Shown: positions 21,159 through 31,246, numbered from the stretch's first letter. The stretch: 64,000 nt of DNA from an uncultured Desulfosarcina sp. (GCA_963674945.2 CAXXWQ010000003.1:448001-512000); one strand, 5' to 3'. Numbers and translations: made by a program. The notes: generated by a model from the letters alone, not told the origin.

Positions 21159-21929
21159 CTACTTCTTCCCCTGCCTTCCATTCACCTGCTCCAGACACAT
21201 CAAGGAATGGGCGAAGGCGATAAAACGCTCCAGGTACGCCGGCGAGAGGTCCTCCATGGCTTCGAGGCAGCACGTGGAGATCATCTGACCGTTGAGGTGT
21301 CCGGGATTCTCCGGAAGATTTCGGACGGCGTCCGCAACAATCTTTTTTGCGCCTTGCCTCGCCAGGGTCCGCCGGAAAACCGCAAAGGAACGAAGCCTGC
21401 CGGGATGCCAATCCCCTGAGGCGCTTCCTTTTCGAATAAAGTCGTCAAAGGCGCCGATGATCCGGGCCTCCTGATCTTTGAGCAGGTGGTCCAGAAACAG
21501 GCGATTGTCATCCAGGCTCGCGTTCTCTCCCACCTTTTTCAACTCTTGGATCAAGCCCGGGAGAAAACCCTGGTCCGTATGATTTGATGACGTCCGGACG
21601 GCCTTTTTCAGGGCCTGGAAATCACCCTTTTCCAGAAGTCGATGTATCTTTCTGGCCGATTCCGGGTCTTTCGACCGGATCCGCTCCATGTCCGCCCGCA
21701 CCGCCTCTTGGGCCGCATCCAGCCGTTTCGAAAGAGCGTCCAGCAGATATTTTGCTCTCTCCTCGATTTTCCGGCGAATGGATGGACGCATTTTCGCAGA
21801 CCGCCGGACCAGGGAGGTGACATGGCGGAACCGGACCGGTTCGAATCCATCGGCACCTCGCTCCTGCAAAGCCCGAAGGCGCGATTCCATCGTTCCGGTG
21901 GTTTCCATGGTCAGCGATTCTTTGTCCAT
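21159..21929 (-). CDS. DUF2894-like protein (ZorG-like)
   Basis: GADGFEPVRFRHV..L.RR and PENPGHLN..M....LEAM..LSPAYL.RF, recognised as DUF2894 patterns. Last gene of the four-gene cluster. Confidence 0.75.
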   Translation of the reverse strand: MDKESLTMETTGTMESRLRALQERGADGFEPVRFRHVTSLVRRSAKMRPSIRRKIEERAKYLLDALSKRLDAAQEAVRADMERIRSKDPESARKIHRLLEKGDFQALKKAVRTSSNHTDQGFLPGLIQELKKVGENASLDDNRLFLDHLLKDQEARIIGAFDDFIRKGSASGDWHPGRLRSFAVFRRTLARQGAKKIVADAVRNLPENPGHLNGQMISTCCLEAMEDLSPAYLERFIAFAHSLMCLEQVNGRQGKK

Positions 21930-21936
21930 GTTCGAA

Positions 21937-22572
21937 TCATCGGGCTGACCCACGCCTGTTTTTCGGGACAGGCGCGATTTCCACCCGGCGATTTTTGCTG
22001 CGCCCCGGTTCATCGAGATTGTCGGCGACGGGATGGTTCTCGCCAAAGGCGGCGGCGAAGACCAGTTCACCGGGCATTCCCTCTTCGATCAATGCCCGGG
22101 TGACGGTGAGCGCCCGCTGGGCGGACAGCTCCCAGTTGTCATGAAACAGGGGATTGTCTCCATGAATCGGCAAATCATCGGTAAACCCGCTGACCATCAA
22201 TAGTTCATCCCGGTCGCCGAGATAGGCGCAAAGGGGACGGACCAGGGTTTGAAGCAGTTCCCGTCCTTCGGCCTGGAGCCGATCTGAATTGAGCGCGAAC
22301 AGGACACTTCCACTGATGCCGATTCGGCCATCTTCCAGGGTGATCCTGCCCGTCGCCAGCGGGTCGGCCAAAGCGTTTTCCAGAAGCATGCGGCGCTCCT
22401 GTTCCACCTTTCGTCTCTGCACCTCTGACTTGAGCGACTGTGACAATTCCACCTGGAATCCCATCGTCCAGACGAGCAGCAGGACGAAGACGCCCACCAG
22501 TCCCGACATGAGATCGCCGAAAATCGCCCAGATGGGCGGGTTATCAGAAGGGACGGACGCTAACGGTTCCAT
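21937..22572 (-). CDS. MotB/OmpA-family protein (ZorB-like)
   Basis: TM segment with the conserved Asp (WAIFGDLMSGL); peptidoglycan-binding domain GFTD, NWELSAQRA, NRRVEI. Confidence 0.9.
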   Translation of the reverse strand: MEPLASVPSDNPPIWAIFGDLMSGLVGVFVLLLVWTMGFQVELSQSLKSEVQRRKVEQERRMLLENALADPLATGRITLEDGRIGISGSVLFALNSDRLQAEGRELLQTLVRPLCAYLGDRDELLMVSGFTDDLPIHGDNPLFHDNWELSAQRALTVTRALIEEGMPGELVFAAAFGENHPVADNLDEPGRSKNRRVEIAPVPKNRRGSAR

Positions 22573-24845
22573 TGTTCCCCCCCGGTCTCTTCTCCGTTTC
22601 GTCCGTCGAATCGACCCAGGACGGTTAACATCTCCTGCTGGGAGAGCATGCAGTGGTCGATGATCTCACGTGCCTGGGCCACGTAGTACCCCATCTGTTC
22701 GTCGCTCCGCATCGCCGTCTTGTCGAGGGAGGCCTCGATTCGGGAAAGGTTCTCCATGAGATTGGCGTTGGATGCGTCGAACCGCTCCACGGCGGCAGAA
22801 AAGGCATCCCCGAGACTGGCCAGTTCTACCGCACCGGCGGCAAACGCGTCTGTGACATCGGAAAAATGGTCGGCCTTGCCATCCACCCGTTGGGCGAACC
22901 GGGCGCCGATCTCTTCCAGCATCTGTTCGGACGTTTCCACCATTTGTGCGATGGTCCCGTGGGTATCGGCGCTTGTTTGCACCAGGGCGGCGGAGAGGTT
23001 CGCGAACTCTGTGGCCAGTTGCTTCTGGGCCTGGAAAAGACCGGCGTCTTGCTCCATGCGATGAGCGGACGCCTCTGCGATACGGGCGATGAGGTCCATG
23101 GCTGCCTTCGGGGCTTCCGACGCCGTTTCCACCAATTTCACCATGGGTGAAGCGATTTCCTCTCCCAGGGTGGAAAGATGATCGGCCACCTCGGCTTCCA
23201 GCCGGGTGAGTCGTGTGACCGTGTCCCGGCCCCGAACTGCCTCTTCATCCCGAATCTCGTCCATTGCCGTGGCGAGGGTCCGGATAAGGTCCGCCATTCG
23301 CTCCTGATGCCCGTTGTACCATGCCTCTTCCATTTTCTCGCGCGATTCGATCAGATCTTGTGATGTCTTCACGACCCGTGCCGTCTCTCCTTGTATTTGA
23401 GTTCCGGCCTTCCTGACGATTCCGGTCAGTTCACCGATGTTTTGTTTCAGGGCGTCGCAATGGTCCAATTGCCGATTGAGCGCCTCTCTTTCCGCGGTTG
23501 TCCATGCATCGGCAACGGTTTCGGACGCGGCGAGCAGCTTTCCCGTGGCCGAGGCCATCACCTCATTGTGCATTGTGACGGCCCGATACAAATCATCGAC
23601 ATGGGCCTTCGTGCGTTCATCATACAGCCTGGTGCCCTCTTCCCTGGCCTTGTCCAATGCGTCGATCCACAATTGGAGACGCTGTTGGTCGCTGGTTTGT
23701 TGGTCGGCAATCCATGATTCGGTTCCTTTGGAGAATGCCGACGCCACGGACCGGACCATGGCACTCCACATCTCTTCCAGTCGGGCAAGGGCCGCTTCTG
23801 ATTTTTCAACCAGCCGTGCATTGGAACGATTATGCTCCGAAATACCGTCCTGCCAGGATTTGACAACCGTTTTCGAATGATCCGCCAACAGACGAGAAAT
23901 CGACGACCAACTCTCTTGGTTGGTTTGGGTCAGATGCGTGTGAACCTTGTGTGTCTCTTTTGCGATGCCGGTCATGGCCTTTGCGACGACGGGCTCGATG
24001 GTATCGGACAATCTCGCAATGTTCTCTTCCAGGTATTGTTTGAGGGACCGATCCAAAGATTCCGCAAGGGTTGCAAAACGCTTTTCGGCGGCCAGGTGAA
24101 AGGATTCTTGATGTTGCACCATATTCCCGGCCAAATCCGTCAATCGATCCGCCATTGCCGATAGCCGGCTCGCCACGAGGGGCAGCGCCTCGGTTTGCAC
24201 CTGAAGCGATCGAAACGTTTCCCGTTGGCGATAGGTCCAGGAAAATTGTCTGAAAACCGTGGGAATAAAAGCATCCAGTCTCCGGACGGCAACGATTCGA
24301 TCCCGTCGGCTCAAGGTGGACATGAGTCCCAGCATGGCGGACGTCGCCACGCCGGCAACGGAGGTACCGAAGGCCTGACGCAGCCCATCCATGGGCGCCA
24401 CCAGGCCCTCACGGATCGCCTGGAGTTCCGTGGTTCCCGAAAGGGCGGATACGGCGCCTTTCAATGTGTCGACCATCCCGACGAAAGTACCCAAAATGCC
24501 CAACATGATCAGCAATCCGACCAGATAGGGCGTCAATACCGGTGCGGGAAGGCCGACGCGCTCGCCTTCGACCCGGAGCCGGACTTCGGTTCGCAAAGAC
24601 GGATGGAGGCGTCCGAGCCAGGGTTCAAGGTCTTCGGCGATCCCATCCGTATTGTCCAAGGCAAGGCAAAGCGTCGTGGTCCCGCGCCGGAAAGCAACGA
24701 GTTCGTAAATGCCCACGAGGTAAACACACCCGGTGATCAGGGTGATGGAAAATGCCAACGCATCGGTCTGCAAAAATACCGCACCCATGCCGATGACGGC
24801 CGTGGCACCCAAAAAAAGTGCTGAACCGAATAATACTCTATCCAC
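22560..24845 (-). CDS. MotA/ExbB-like membrane protein with a very long helical tail (ZorA-like, DUF802-type)
   Basis: TM motifs LGILGTFVGM and AFGTSVAGV, followed by about 570 aa of helical/coiled-coil sequence. Overlaps the MotB-like gene. Confidence 0.82.
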   Translation of the reverse strand: MDRVLFGSALFLGATAVIGMGAVFLQTDALAFSITLITGCVYLVGIYELVAFRRGTTTLCLALDNTDGIAEDLEPWLGRLHPSLRTEVRLRVEGERVGLPAPVLTPYLVGLLIMLGILGTFVGMVDTLKGAVSALSGTTELQAIREGLVAPMDGLRQAFGTSVAGVATSAMLGLMSTLSRRDRIVAVRRLDAFIPTVFRQFSWTYRQRETFRSLQVQTEALPLVASRLSAMADRLTDLAGNMVQHQESFHLAAEKRFATLAESLDRSLKQYLEENIARLSDTIEPVVAKAMTGIAKETHKVHTHLTQTNQESWSSISRLLADHSKTVVKSWQDGISEHNRSNARLVEKSEAALARLEEMWSAMVRSVASAFSKGTESWIADQQTSDQQRLQLWIDALDKAREEGTRLYDERTKAHVDDLYRAVTMHNEVMASATGKLLAASETVADAWTTAEREALNRQLDHCDALKQNIGELTGIVRKAGTQIQGETARVVKTSQDLIESREKMEEAWYNGHQERMADLIRTLATAMDEIRDEEAVRGRDTVTRLTRLEAEVADHLSTLGEEIASPMVKLVETASEAPKAAMDLIARIAEASAHRMEQDAGLFQAQKQLATEFANLSAALVQTSADTHGTIAQMVETSEQMLEEIGARFAQRVDGKADHFSDVTDAFAAGAVELASLGDAFSAAVERFDASNANLMENLSRIEASLDKTAMRSDEQMGYYVAQAREIIDHCMLSQQEMLTVLGRFDGRNGEETGGEQWNR

Positions 24846-25012
24846 AATGGTATCTCTTTTGTTCTTGTGTCCGGTGCCGGTTTGAACCGGTACCGGGTAT
24901 GGATTCGTTGTATTCGAACCGGGTGACGTACACCCGGAACCAACCCGAATGATGGAAGTGCTGACGTGCTTTTGGATGTCCGGCCGATGGACCGAATATC
25001 CAAGCCACCCGC

Positions 25013-25810
25013 TTAGCGGGTGTTCGTTGACTCGATGAGTCCCAGCACCGGTTGGAGTCTTGTATCGAGTTCGGCCAAAAGCAGATCACGCATCTTGACG
25101 GTGAACCCGCAAATCCATCCCCCCGTTGCCATCCAGTTGGCAAGGTCGCGGGCAACCGGCTCGTCGGGCAGTTCATGCCAGTGGGCCTCGAGTTGCCGTC
25201 GAAAGTCCGACGCCAGAAGCATTGAAATTCCATCGAAAACACCTATGGATCGGTTGGTAAGCGCCGATTGGATCCCGCGATCCAGGGTTGCAAGCCTGGC
25301 AAGTGCTGGTGAAAGGCCGCACATGGCGTCTCGGATGCGGTCCTGGAGACCTTCGATACGGGCTGCAATCCGGGTCTGTCGGTCGAGGTAAAAGCGTCCG
25401 AACGGTTCGAATGCCGCCTGGTGGTTTTCGGGAAACGCCGAACGTGTTTTCCCGTATACACCGGAAAACCGCAAATGGGCATGATATTCCGCGGCAGAGG
25501 GCAGCCTGTTCTTTGTTTTGGTCCCACCGGCGCCGGAGGCGAAGCCCTGGGCGATGAAGCGCAACAATGCCTCTCGTTCGCGGAAAAAGGCCTTTTCGAT
25601 GACAGATGGTGTTTGCTGTGCCGGTTTCGCGGTTGTCGAGGATAGGTTGTCGAGCATCTTCGACAGGGTAACGCGGCCGGAGAGGTCCAACAGGCTTCCC
25701 AGGCTTTCGTCAAAACGCCCCGCCGGTTCCCGTATATCCAACGCCGCGAATTCCTGCAGGACCGCCATCAGTCGGGAGTCATGGTAAAAGTCAATTGTCT
25801 TTTTCGTCAT
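25013..25810 (-). CDS. DUF3348-like protein (ZorF-like)
   Basis: F.PF.RFY...Q..I...I..L..RIR....SP.LARLA.LD and LLLAELDTRLQPVLGLIE, recognised as DUF3348 patterns. First gene of the cluster. Confidence 0.75.
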   Translation of the reverse strand: MTKKTIDFYHDSRLMAVLQEFAALDIREPAGRFDESLGSLLDLSGRVTLSKMLDNLSSTTAKPAQQTPSVIEKAFFREREALLRFIAQGFASGAGGTKTKNRLPSAAEYHAHLRFSGVYGKTRSAFPENHQAAFEPFGRFYLDRQTRIAARIEGLQDRIRDAMCGLSPALARLATLDRGIQSALTNRSIGVFDGISMLLASDFRRQLEAHWHELPDEPVARDLANWMATGGWICGFTVKMRDLLLAELDTRLQPVLGLIESTNTR

Positions 25811-25855
25811 ACGTGCACATTGCCAGGCACAGGACAGAGAACGGGAGTGTCATCG

Positions 25856-25901
25856 CCCCTACATATTGAGTCTCGACCGATCAATATACAATATATAGTG
25901 C
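25856..25901. promoter_or_regulatory. Tandem NrdR-box-like operators
   Basis: CCCCTACATATTGAGT (25856-25871) matches 12/16 and ATACAATATATAGTGC (25886-25901) matches 14/16 of the consensus acaCwAtATaTwGtgt. Centres are 30 bp apart. Confidence 0.65.
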
Positions 25902-25994
25902 TCAGGCGATATCATACCGATGGTGCCTTTTCAATGGAAAATCATGTTGAGAAGATGGTGAAGAAAGTTTTCGGCAGTGAACGGATACCCGTAC

Positions 25995-26026
25995 AAAAAA
26001 AATGGCGGGGAGCGTCTCCCCGCCAT
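25995..26026 (-). terminator. Intrinsic terminator of the dsrMKJOP operon
   Basis: Stem ATGGCGGGGAG/CTCCCCGCCAT followed on the minus strand by 8 T. Confidence 0.88.
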
Positions 26027-26054
26027 CATCTCTTCTTATCGTCGGCAATGATGA

Positions 26055-27218
26055 TTAGCCGTGAACTTCTTCCTTTACCCCGACGGCCATTTTGTAAAGA
26101 AGTGTCAGTACGAGGGCGCCGACGGCATAAACACCCACGGTGATACCGATCTCCGGCATGGTGGGTGCGTATTCGGTAACCTCATGCAACGGGTTGGGAA
26201 CGAATCCACCGGAAATCATGCCCAGTCCCTTGTCGATCCAGGTTCCCAGGATAATCACCGCGCAGGCGATGGCCAGGCTGGTCTCGTTTTTTCGGGTCGC
26301 CGGCGTAACGGTCATGATGATACCGGCCGCCATCAGGATCATGGATGCCCACATCCAGGGCACCAGCGCACCGTGGCCGTGCACCCCGGCGAACAGGTAT
26401 TGGATATGGATTTTATGTCCGGGGATGTTGCTGTAAAATCCGACGAACACTTCACAAATAAAGAGGAACATGTTGATGCAGATGGCGTAAGCAACGGTTT
26501 TTGCAAGGCTCTGGATCTGCGCCTTGCCCGGATCGAAATTGGTGAATTTTCGGATGAAAAGGCAAAGCAGGATCAGAAGGGCCGGACCGGCTGCGAAGGC
26601 AGATGCGAGAAACCGCGGCGCCAGAACGGCGGTAAGCCAGAAATGGCGACCCGGAAGGCCACAATACAGGTACGCTGTCACCGTATGAATACTCACTGCC
26701 CAGGGGATGGAAATGTAAATCAGCGGTTTGAGCCATCCCTGATAGTGAATGCCGTTTCGCTCTGCTTCCAGCACGTTCCACCCGATGACCAAGTTCAAAA
26801 AGAGGTACCCGTTGAGCACGATCATGTCCCAGAAGAGCACCGAGTTGGGTGTCGGGTAGAGGGGCACGTTGAACAGTCGCATGGGCTGCCCAAGGTCGAC
26901 GACGATAAACAAAAGGCACATGACAATGGAGGCAATGGCCAAAAACTCACCCAGTATGGTAATTTTGCCGTAGGCCTTGTAATCATGCAGGTAGTACGGC
27001 AATACCACCATCACCCCTCCGGCGGCCACACCGACCAGATAAGTAAAGTTGGCGATATAAAATCCCCAGGAGACATCCCGGCTCATACCGGTAATACCGA
27101 GACCGAGCTTGAGCTGCATCATATAGAGCCCGAACGCGGCACCGATCACACCCAATAGGACGACCAACCATCCCCAGTACCATTTATTTCCTTTTACGGC
27201 TAATTCAAGCATGCTCAC
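26055..27218 (-). CDS. dsrP: Dsr complex membrane subunit (NrfD/PsrC family)
   Basis: TGMSRDVSWGFYI, VDLGQP.R, AVSIHTVTA; polytopic; follows dsrO. Confidence 0.93.
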   Translation of the reverse strand: MSMLELAVKGNKWYWGWLVVLLGVIGAAFGLYMMQLKLGLGITGMSRDVSWGFYIANFTYLVGVAAGGVMVVLPYYLHDYKAYGKITILGEFLAIASIVMCLLFIVVDLGQPMRLFNVPLYPTPNSVLFWDMIVLNGYLFLNLVIGWNVLEAERNGIHYQGWLKPLIYISIPWAVSIHTVTAYLYCGLPGRHFWLTAVLAPRFLASAFAAGPALLILLCLFIRKFTNFDPGKAQIQSLAKTVAYAICINMFLFICEVFVGFYSNIPGHKIHIQYLFAGVHGHGALVPWMWASMILMAAGIIMTVTPATRKNETSLAIACAVIILGTWIDKGLGMISGGFVPNPLHEVTEYAPTMPEIGITVGVYAVGALVLTLLYKMAVGVKEEVHG

Positions 27219-27219
27219 C

Positions 27220-28008
27220 TCACACGATGTAGTAGACGGACGGCTCCGTTCCCAAAACCTGTTTCCGCCTGATGGTGTAGTTTTCCTTCAACAGTTCCCT
27301 CACATGGGAATGTTCGTCGTATAGATCGCCGAATGCAATGGCACCGTTGGAGGCCTCAACACAGGCGGGCATCTTGCCAACAGCCAATCGCTCTGCGCAG
27401 AAGTTACATTTTTCGACCACACCCTTCATCCGGGTGGGAAATTCTTTATTTTCTTCCTCGATGAAGGGGCGTGGATCCCTGAAGTTAAAGCTTCGGGCGC
27501 CGAACGGGCAGGCGGCCATGCAAAACCGGCATCCGATACACCGGTGAAAGTCCATCAGCACGATGCCGTCACTCTCCCGTTTGAAGGTGGCCTTGGTGGG
27601 GCAGGCCCGGCAGCATGGGGGATTTTCACAATGGTTGCACAAAGCCAAGAAGGGTTGATGCTCCACCTCTTCGTTGAGGAACTTGTTGACCTTGTCGGTG
27701 AAGGCGTTGTGGTAGTGCGTTTCCCAGATCCATTTGATCTCGTGGTTCTTTTCCGGAATGGCCGTGGGAATGTTGTGGATCTTGTTGCATGCCTCGATGA
27801 TCGGCTCCAGATCCGCAGACGTTTTTAACTTTCGGGTGTCGATGACCATGGCCCACTGTTTGGCCGTCAGCGCATCCTTCCCCTTGGCAATATGGTAGCC
27901 GGGCCCCTTTCCACCTTCCGAAGCGAAGGCATCGAGCACGGGTTTTGCCCCAAGACCCAGCGCGGAAACGCCAGCGATCTGAAGAAAGCGTCTTCTGCTG
28001 TTTTTCAT
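27220..28008 (-). CDS. dsrO: Dsr complex periplasmic Fe-S subunit
   Basis: Tat signal SRRRFLQ; CNHCENPPCCRACP, CIGCRFCMAACP, KCNFC. Confidence 0.93.
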   Translation of the reverse strand: MKNSRRRFLQIAGVSALGLGAKPVLDAFASEGGKGPGYHIAKGKDALTAKQWAMVIDTRKLKTSADLEPIIEACNKIHNIPTAIPEKNHEIKWIWETHYHNAFTDKVNKFLNEEVEHQPFLALCNHCENPPCCRACPTKATFKRESDGIVLMDFHRCIGCRFCMAACPFGARSFNFRDPRPFIEEENKEFPTRMKGVVEKCNFCAERLAVGKMPACVEASNGAIAFGDLYDEHSHVRELLKENYTIRRKQVLGTEPSVYYIV

Positions 28009-28011
28009 TCC

Positions 28012-28398
28012 TTATTCTCCTTTTGGATTATCGATGTGGCAATCCCAGCAATAGGGCCTTACGGATGCGTAGTTGTGGCAACGGTCGCAGAAATTCGCCT
28101 TGTTGGAATGGCAGTCCAAACAGGTGTTGGAAAGACTCATGGTAAATTCCTTGCCTTCGGCATTTACAAACTGGCGCTTTGCCCCGCGGACGACGTTGTG
28201 TCGCCAGGTATCGAGCAGCTGCATATGATTGGCGGTCATGTACGCGGTGTCCATGACGCAGGTCTTTGCGGCTTTGGCCTTCGCGGTCAATTCGAGTTCC
28301 GGCGCAGGTGCGGCTTTGCCCATGTTGAACCAGAAGGGCAAAGTGATGATGGCAATAAAAATGACCAGCCCTGCGAGAATTTTGTTTTTATCCTTCAT
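28012..28398 (-). CDS. dsrJ: Triheme cytochrome c of the Dsr complex
   Basis: CLDCH, CDRCH, CWDCH; M.ANHMQLLD.WR; N-terminal anchor. Confidence 0.94.
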   Translation of the reverse strand: MKDKNKILAGLVIFIAIITLPFWFNMGKAAPAPELELTAKAKAAKTCVMDTAYMTANHMQLLDTWRHNVVRGAKRQFVNAEGKEFTMSLSNTCLDCHSNKANFCDRCHNYASVRPYCWDCHIDNPKGE

Positions 28399-28401
28399 CG
28401 G

Positions 28402-30024
28402 TTACTCCTCCATTCCCGGTAGCGGTTCACCGCGCAAGTCCGTTTCTCTTTCCTTTTCACCGGGTAGAATCAGGGCGTTTGCCACAAGCTCATGCAGGCC
28501 CGTTACCTCGACTTCCGGCACCCAGTATCCCATTGACGCGGGCAGTGCCGCGCGATCGATGGCGCAAACGCAGGCGAGCATATTCACGCCGAACTTCTCG
28601 TGAACATGTTTTACCGCATTTGCCCTCGGAAAACCGCCGGCCATACGAAGTTCCATGTTCTCCCCGGCGTTGAGGCCGGCGCCGCTGCCACAGCAAAAGG
28701 TCTGTTCCCGGATGGTATTGGCCGGCATTTCGTAAAAGTTATTGGCGACATTCTGAATCACGTAACGCGGCTCGTCGAGCATCCCCATTCCACGGGAAGG
28801 GTTACATGAGTCGTGGAAGGTAATGATCTTGTTGTCGTTTCTCGACGGATCCAGCTCCAGCTTGCCGTGACGGATCAGGTCGGCGGTGAACTCGGCGATG
28901 TGCACCATCTTCGTCGATTTGGCGTTTTCGAACTTGGTGCCGGTGATGGGGTTGACCGGTTCTTCGAGAAAGTCCGCAGGCCCGTTCATGGTATCCATAT
29001 ACTGGTGGATGACCCGCCACATGTGCCCGCATTCGCCGCCCAATATCCACTTGACCCCCAGCCGTTTGGCCTCGGCGTACATCTTCGCATTGAGCCGTTT
29101 CATGGTCTCGTGGGAAGTGAAGAAACCGAAGTTGCCGCCTTCGGAAGCGTAGGTGCTCCAGGTGATCTTCAGCCCGTATTTCTCTTTGAGGTAGTGAAAC
29201 AGTATCATGTACCCCATACAGGTATAGGTTCCCGGATCGGCGAAGACGTCACCCGACGGGGTAACAAAGAGGATATCGGCATCCTTTTCCATATAAGCCG
29301 GTTTCACCAGGACACCGGTGATCTCTTCGATGTCTTCGACGAAGAAGTCCAGCATGTCTTTGAAGGCATGGGGCTGGATGCCCAGATGGTTTCCGGTCAT
29401 GTAACAATTGGAAACCGGCGTGGCGATCCAGTCGATATTCAGACCCAGCAGGTTTAAAAGTTCACGGCCCATGATGGTGATCTCGGCCGTGTCGATACCG
29501 TAAGGGCAGAAAACCGAGCAGCGGCGACACTCGGTGCACTGGAACATGTAGTACCACCACTCCTTGAGCACGTCCAATGTCATGGGACGGGCGCCCCCCA
29601 GTTTCCCCAGAATCTTTCCCGCCGTGGTAAAATCGTTCCGATAGACGCTTCGAAGCAATTCGGCGCGAAGCACGGGCATGTTTTTGGGATCACCGGTGCC
29701 GATGAAGAAGTGGCACTTATCGGCGCAGGCGCCGCAGCGAACGCAGATGTCCATGAATATCTTGAAAGAACGAAACTTTTCCAGACGCTCACGGAACCCC
29801 TCGTGCACGATCTGCTGCCAATTTTCCGGCAGCTTCCAGTCCTCGTCCAGGGGATTCCAGGCCCGTGCATTGGGAAGGCCCAGGGTCTCGACGCTTTTTG
29901 GATTGGATGCGTAGCAGTACATCCCTTTGCGAATGTCCACCGGCGTGTCCATCCAACCGGCGCCGGACGGACGATGATCTATCTTTGACAATAGTTCATC
30001 GGGTTTGATCAACTCGTCTGCCAT
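28402..30024 (-). CDS. dsrK: HdrD-like Fe-S subunit of the Dsr complex
   Basis: CVRCGACADKCHFF, CTECRRCSVFCP, GECGHMWR, HDSCN, FCCG. Confidence 0.96.
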   Translation of the reverse strand: MADELIKPDELLSKIDHRPSGAGWMDTPVDIRKGMYCYASNPKSVETLGLPNARAWNPLDEDWKLPENWQQIVHEGFRERLEKFRSFKIFMDICVRCGACADKCHFFIGTGDPKNMPVLRAELLRSVYRNDFTTAGKILGKLGGARPMTLDVLKEWWYYMFQCTECRRCSVFCPYGIDTAEITIMGRELLNLLGLNIDWIATPVSNCYMTGNHLGIQPHAFKDMLDFFVEDIEEITGVLVKPAYMEKDADILFVTPSGDVFADPGTYTCMGYMILFHYLKEKYGLKITWSTYASEGGNFGFFTSHETMKRLNAKMYAEAKRLGVKWILGGECGHMWRVIHQYMDTMNGPADFLEEPVNPITGTKFENAKSTKMVHIAEFTADLIRHGKLELDPSRNDNKIITFHDSCNPSRGMGMLDEPRYVIQNVANNFYEMPANTIREQTFCCGSGAGLNAGENMELRMAGGFPRANAVKHVHEKFGVNMLACVCAIDRAALPASMGYWVPEVEVTGLHELVANALILPGEKERETDLRGEPLPGMEE

Positions 30025-30040
30025 TATCAGCTCCTTTGTC

Positions 30041-31081
30041 TTAGGCCTGTTCTTCGGGCATTTTAACGACCGGCAGGCCGGCTTCTACCATTTTCTCTCT
30101 AAAATCATCTTCATATTCATCATAGGTGTGGACCTTGACCGGATAATTCCAGGGGTTCACGTGCCTAACCTGTCGAGAATTGCCCGTCATGTTGCGGGTT
30201 GGGCTCAGGAAAATTCCGCCCAAGTGCATCAATTTGCTAAAGGGGAAGTAGGCCAGAAGAACGCTGACCAGAAAAATGTGCGCGTAGAAAAGCGCATGGA
30301 CGCCCTCGGGAATCGTGGGATGAAAAGTAACCAATCCCATTGCCAGTTCCTTGATGGCAGTAATGTCCACCTTGGAGACATAACGCATGAAGATACCTGT
30401 GAGAGCGATGGCGATAATCAAGAACAGGGGAAAGAAATCGTTGGCCAGGGAGATGTACCGGACCTGTGGAATGAATACCCGGCGAAGAAACAGGTAAATG
30501 ACGGCAACGAGAAGTACCAGCCCGGACAGGTACACGCCGGGCAGGCCGGCCTGCACGGCGTCATAGAGAACTTCCAGGCGAAAAAACCCGTCTACGTTCT
30601 CCAGTGCCGTGACGAAAAAGGGAACGGGTTCGGTGAAGAAACGAAGGTGCCGCACGATCACGACGAAAAAAGCATAGTGAAAGGCCAGGGCGCCTATCCA
30701 CAGGAAAAGCTCCAGCTGATGGGTCATCTTGCCTTTGGTCAGGTTCATTCGCGTGTTGCGAAACAAGGAGCGAAAGCAGACGATTTCCAGTAGCATCCGC
30801 ACGATGACACCGAAGGTGGTCGATGGATTGTCGATTTTGGCCTGTTTGAAGCCGGGCAGAGATGGCTGCTGACCGCAGGTGGTGGTGATTCGGAACGGAA
30901 CCGCCGATCGCGCCCAGCTCATGACGCGACGGACAAAGCCGACAACGAATAGGATGATTGCCAGATAGGGAACAATAATTCCGAAGACCATCTGCAGGCC
31001 TGCCCCCTGTTGCCCGCCCACATATGCGACCAGAAACAGCACGAGAACCGCTATGAGGCTAACCATGTAATTTTTATTCAT
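30041..31081 (-). CDS. dsrM: NarI-like membrane cytochrome b of the Dsr complex
   Basis: PFRITTTCGQQ, AFH...RHLRFF, H.FL...L..YFPFSKLMH. Confidence 0.95.
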   Translation of the reverse strand: MNKNYMVSLIAVLVLFLVAYVGGQQGAGLQMVFGIIVPYLAIILFVVGFVRRVMSWARSAVPFRITTTCGQQPSLPGFKQAKIDNPSTTFGVIVRMLLEIVCFRSLFRNTRMNLTKGKMTHQLELFLWIGALAFHYAFFVVIVRHLRFFTEPVPFFVTALENVDGFFRLEVLYDAVQAGLPGVYLSGLVLLVAVIYLFLRRVFIPQVRYISLANDFFPLFLIIAIALTGIFMRYVSKVDITAIKELAMGLVTFHPTIPEGVHALFYAHIFLVSVLLAYFPFSKLMHLGGIFLSPTRNMTGNSRQVRHVNPWNYPVKVHTYDEYEDDFREKMVEAGLPVVKMPEEQA

Positions 31082-31246
31082 CGAACCTCACCTCACTCCT
31101 CGGCGCCCGGCGGATTTCGATGGTACGCGAACACTTCTCTCCCAGAACCTGAGGCGACGGGAAGTCACCAGCGAAAAATCTGAAAAAAACGCGTTCCCTT
31201 GCAACCGCTGCCGGATGCCTAAATCAGATATAGTAATAAGGAACCA

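Noticed and set aside
24737..25003. Possible fifth gene between the ZorF-like and ZorA-like genes
   Set aside because: It overlaps the ZorA-like start out of frame, has no RBS and does not look protein-like. The gap contains only short hairpins.
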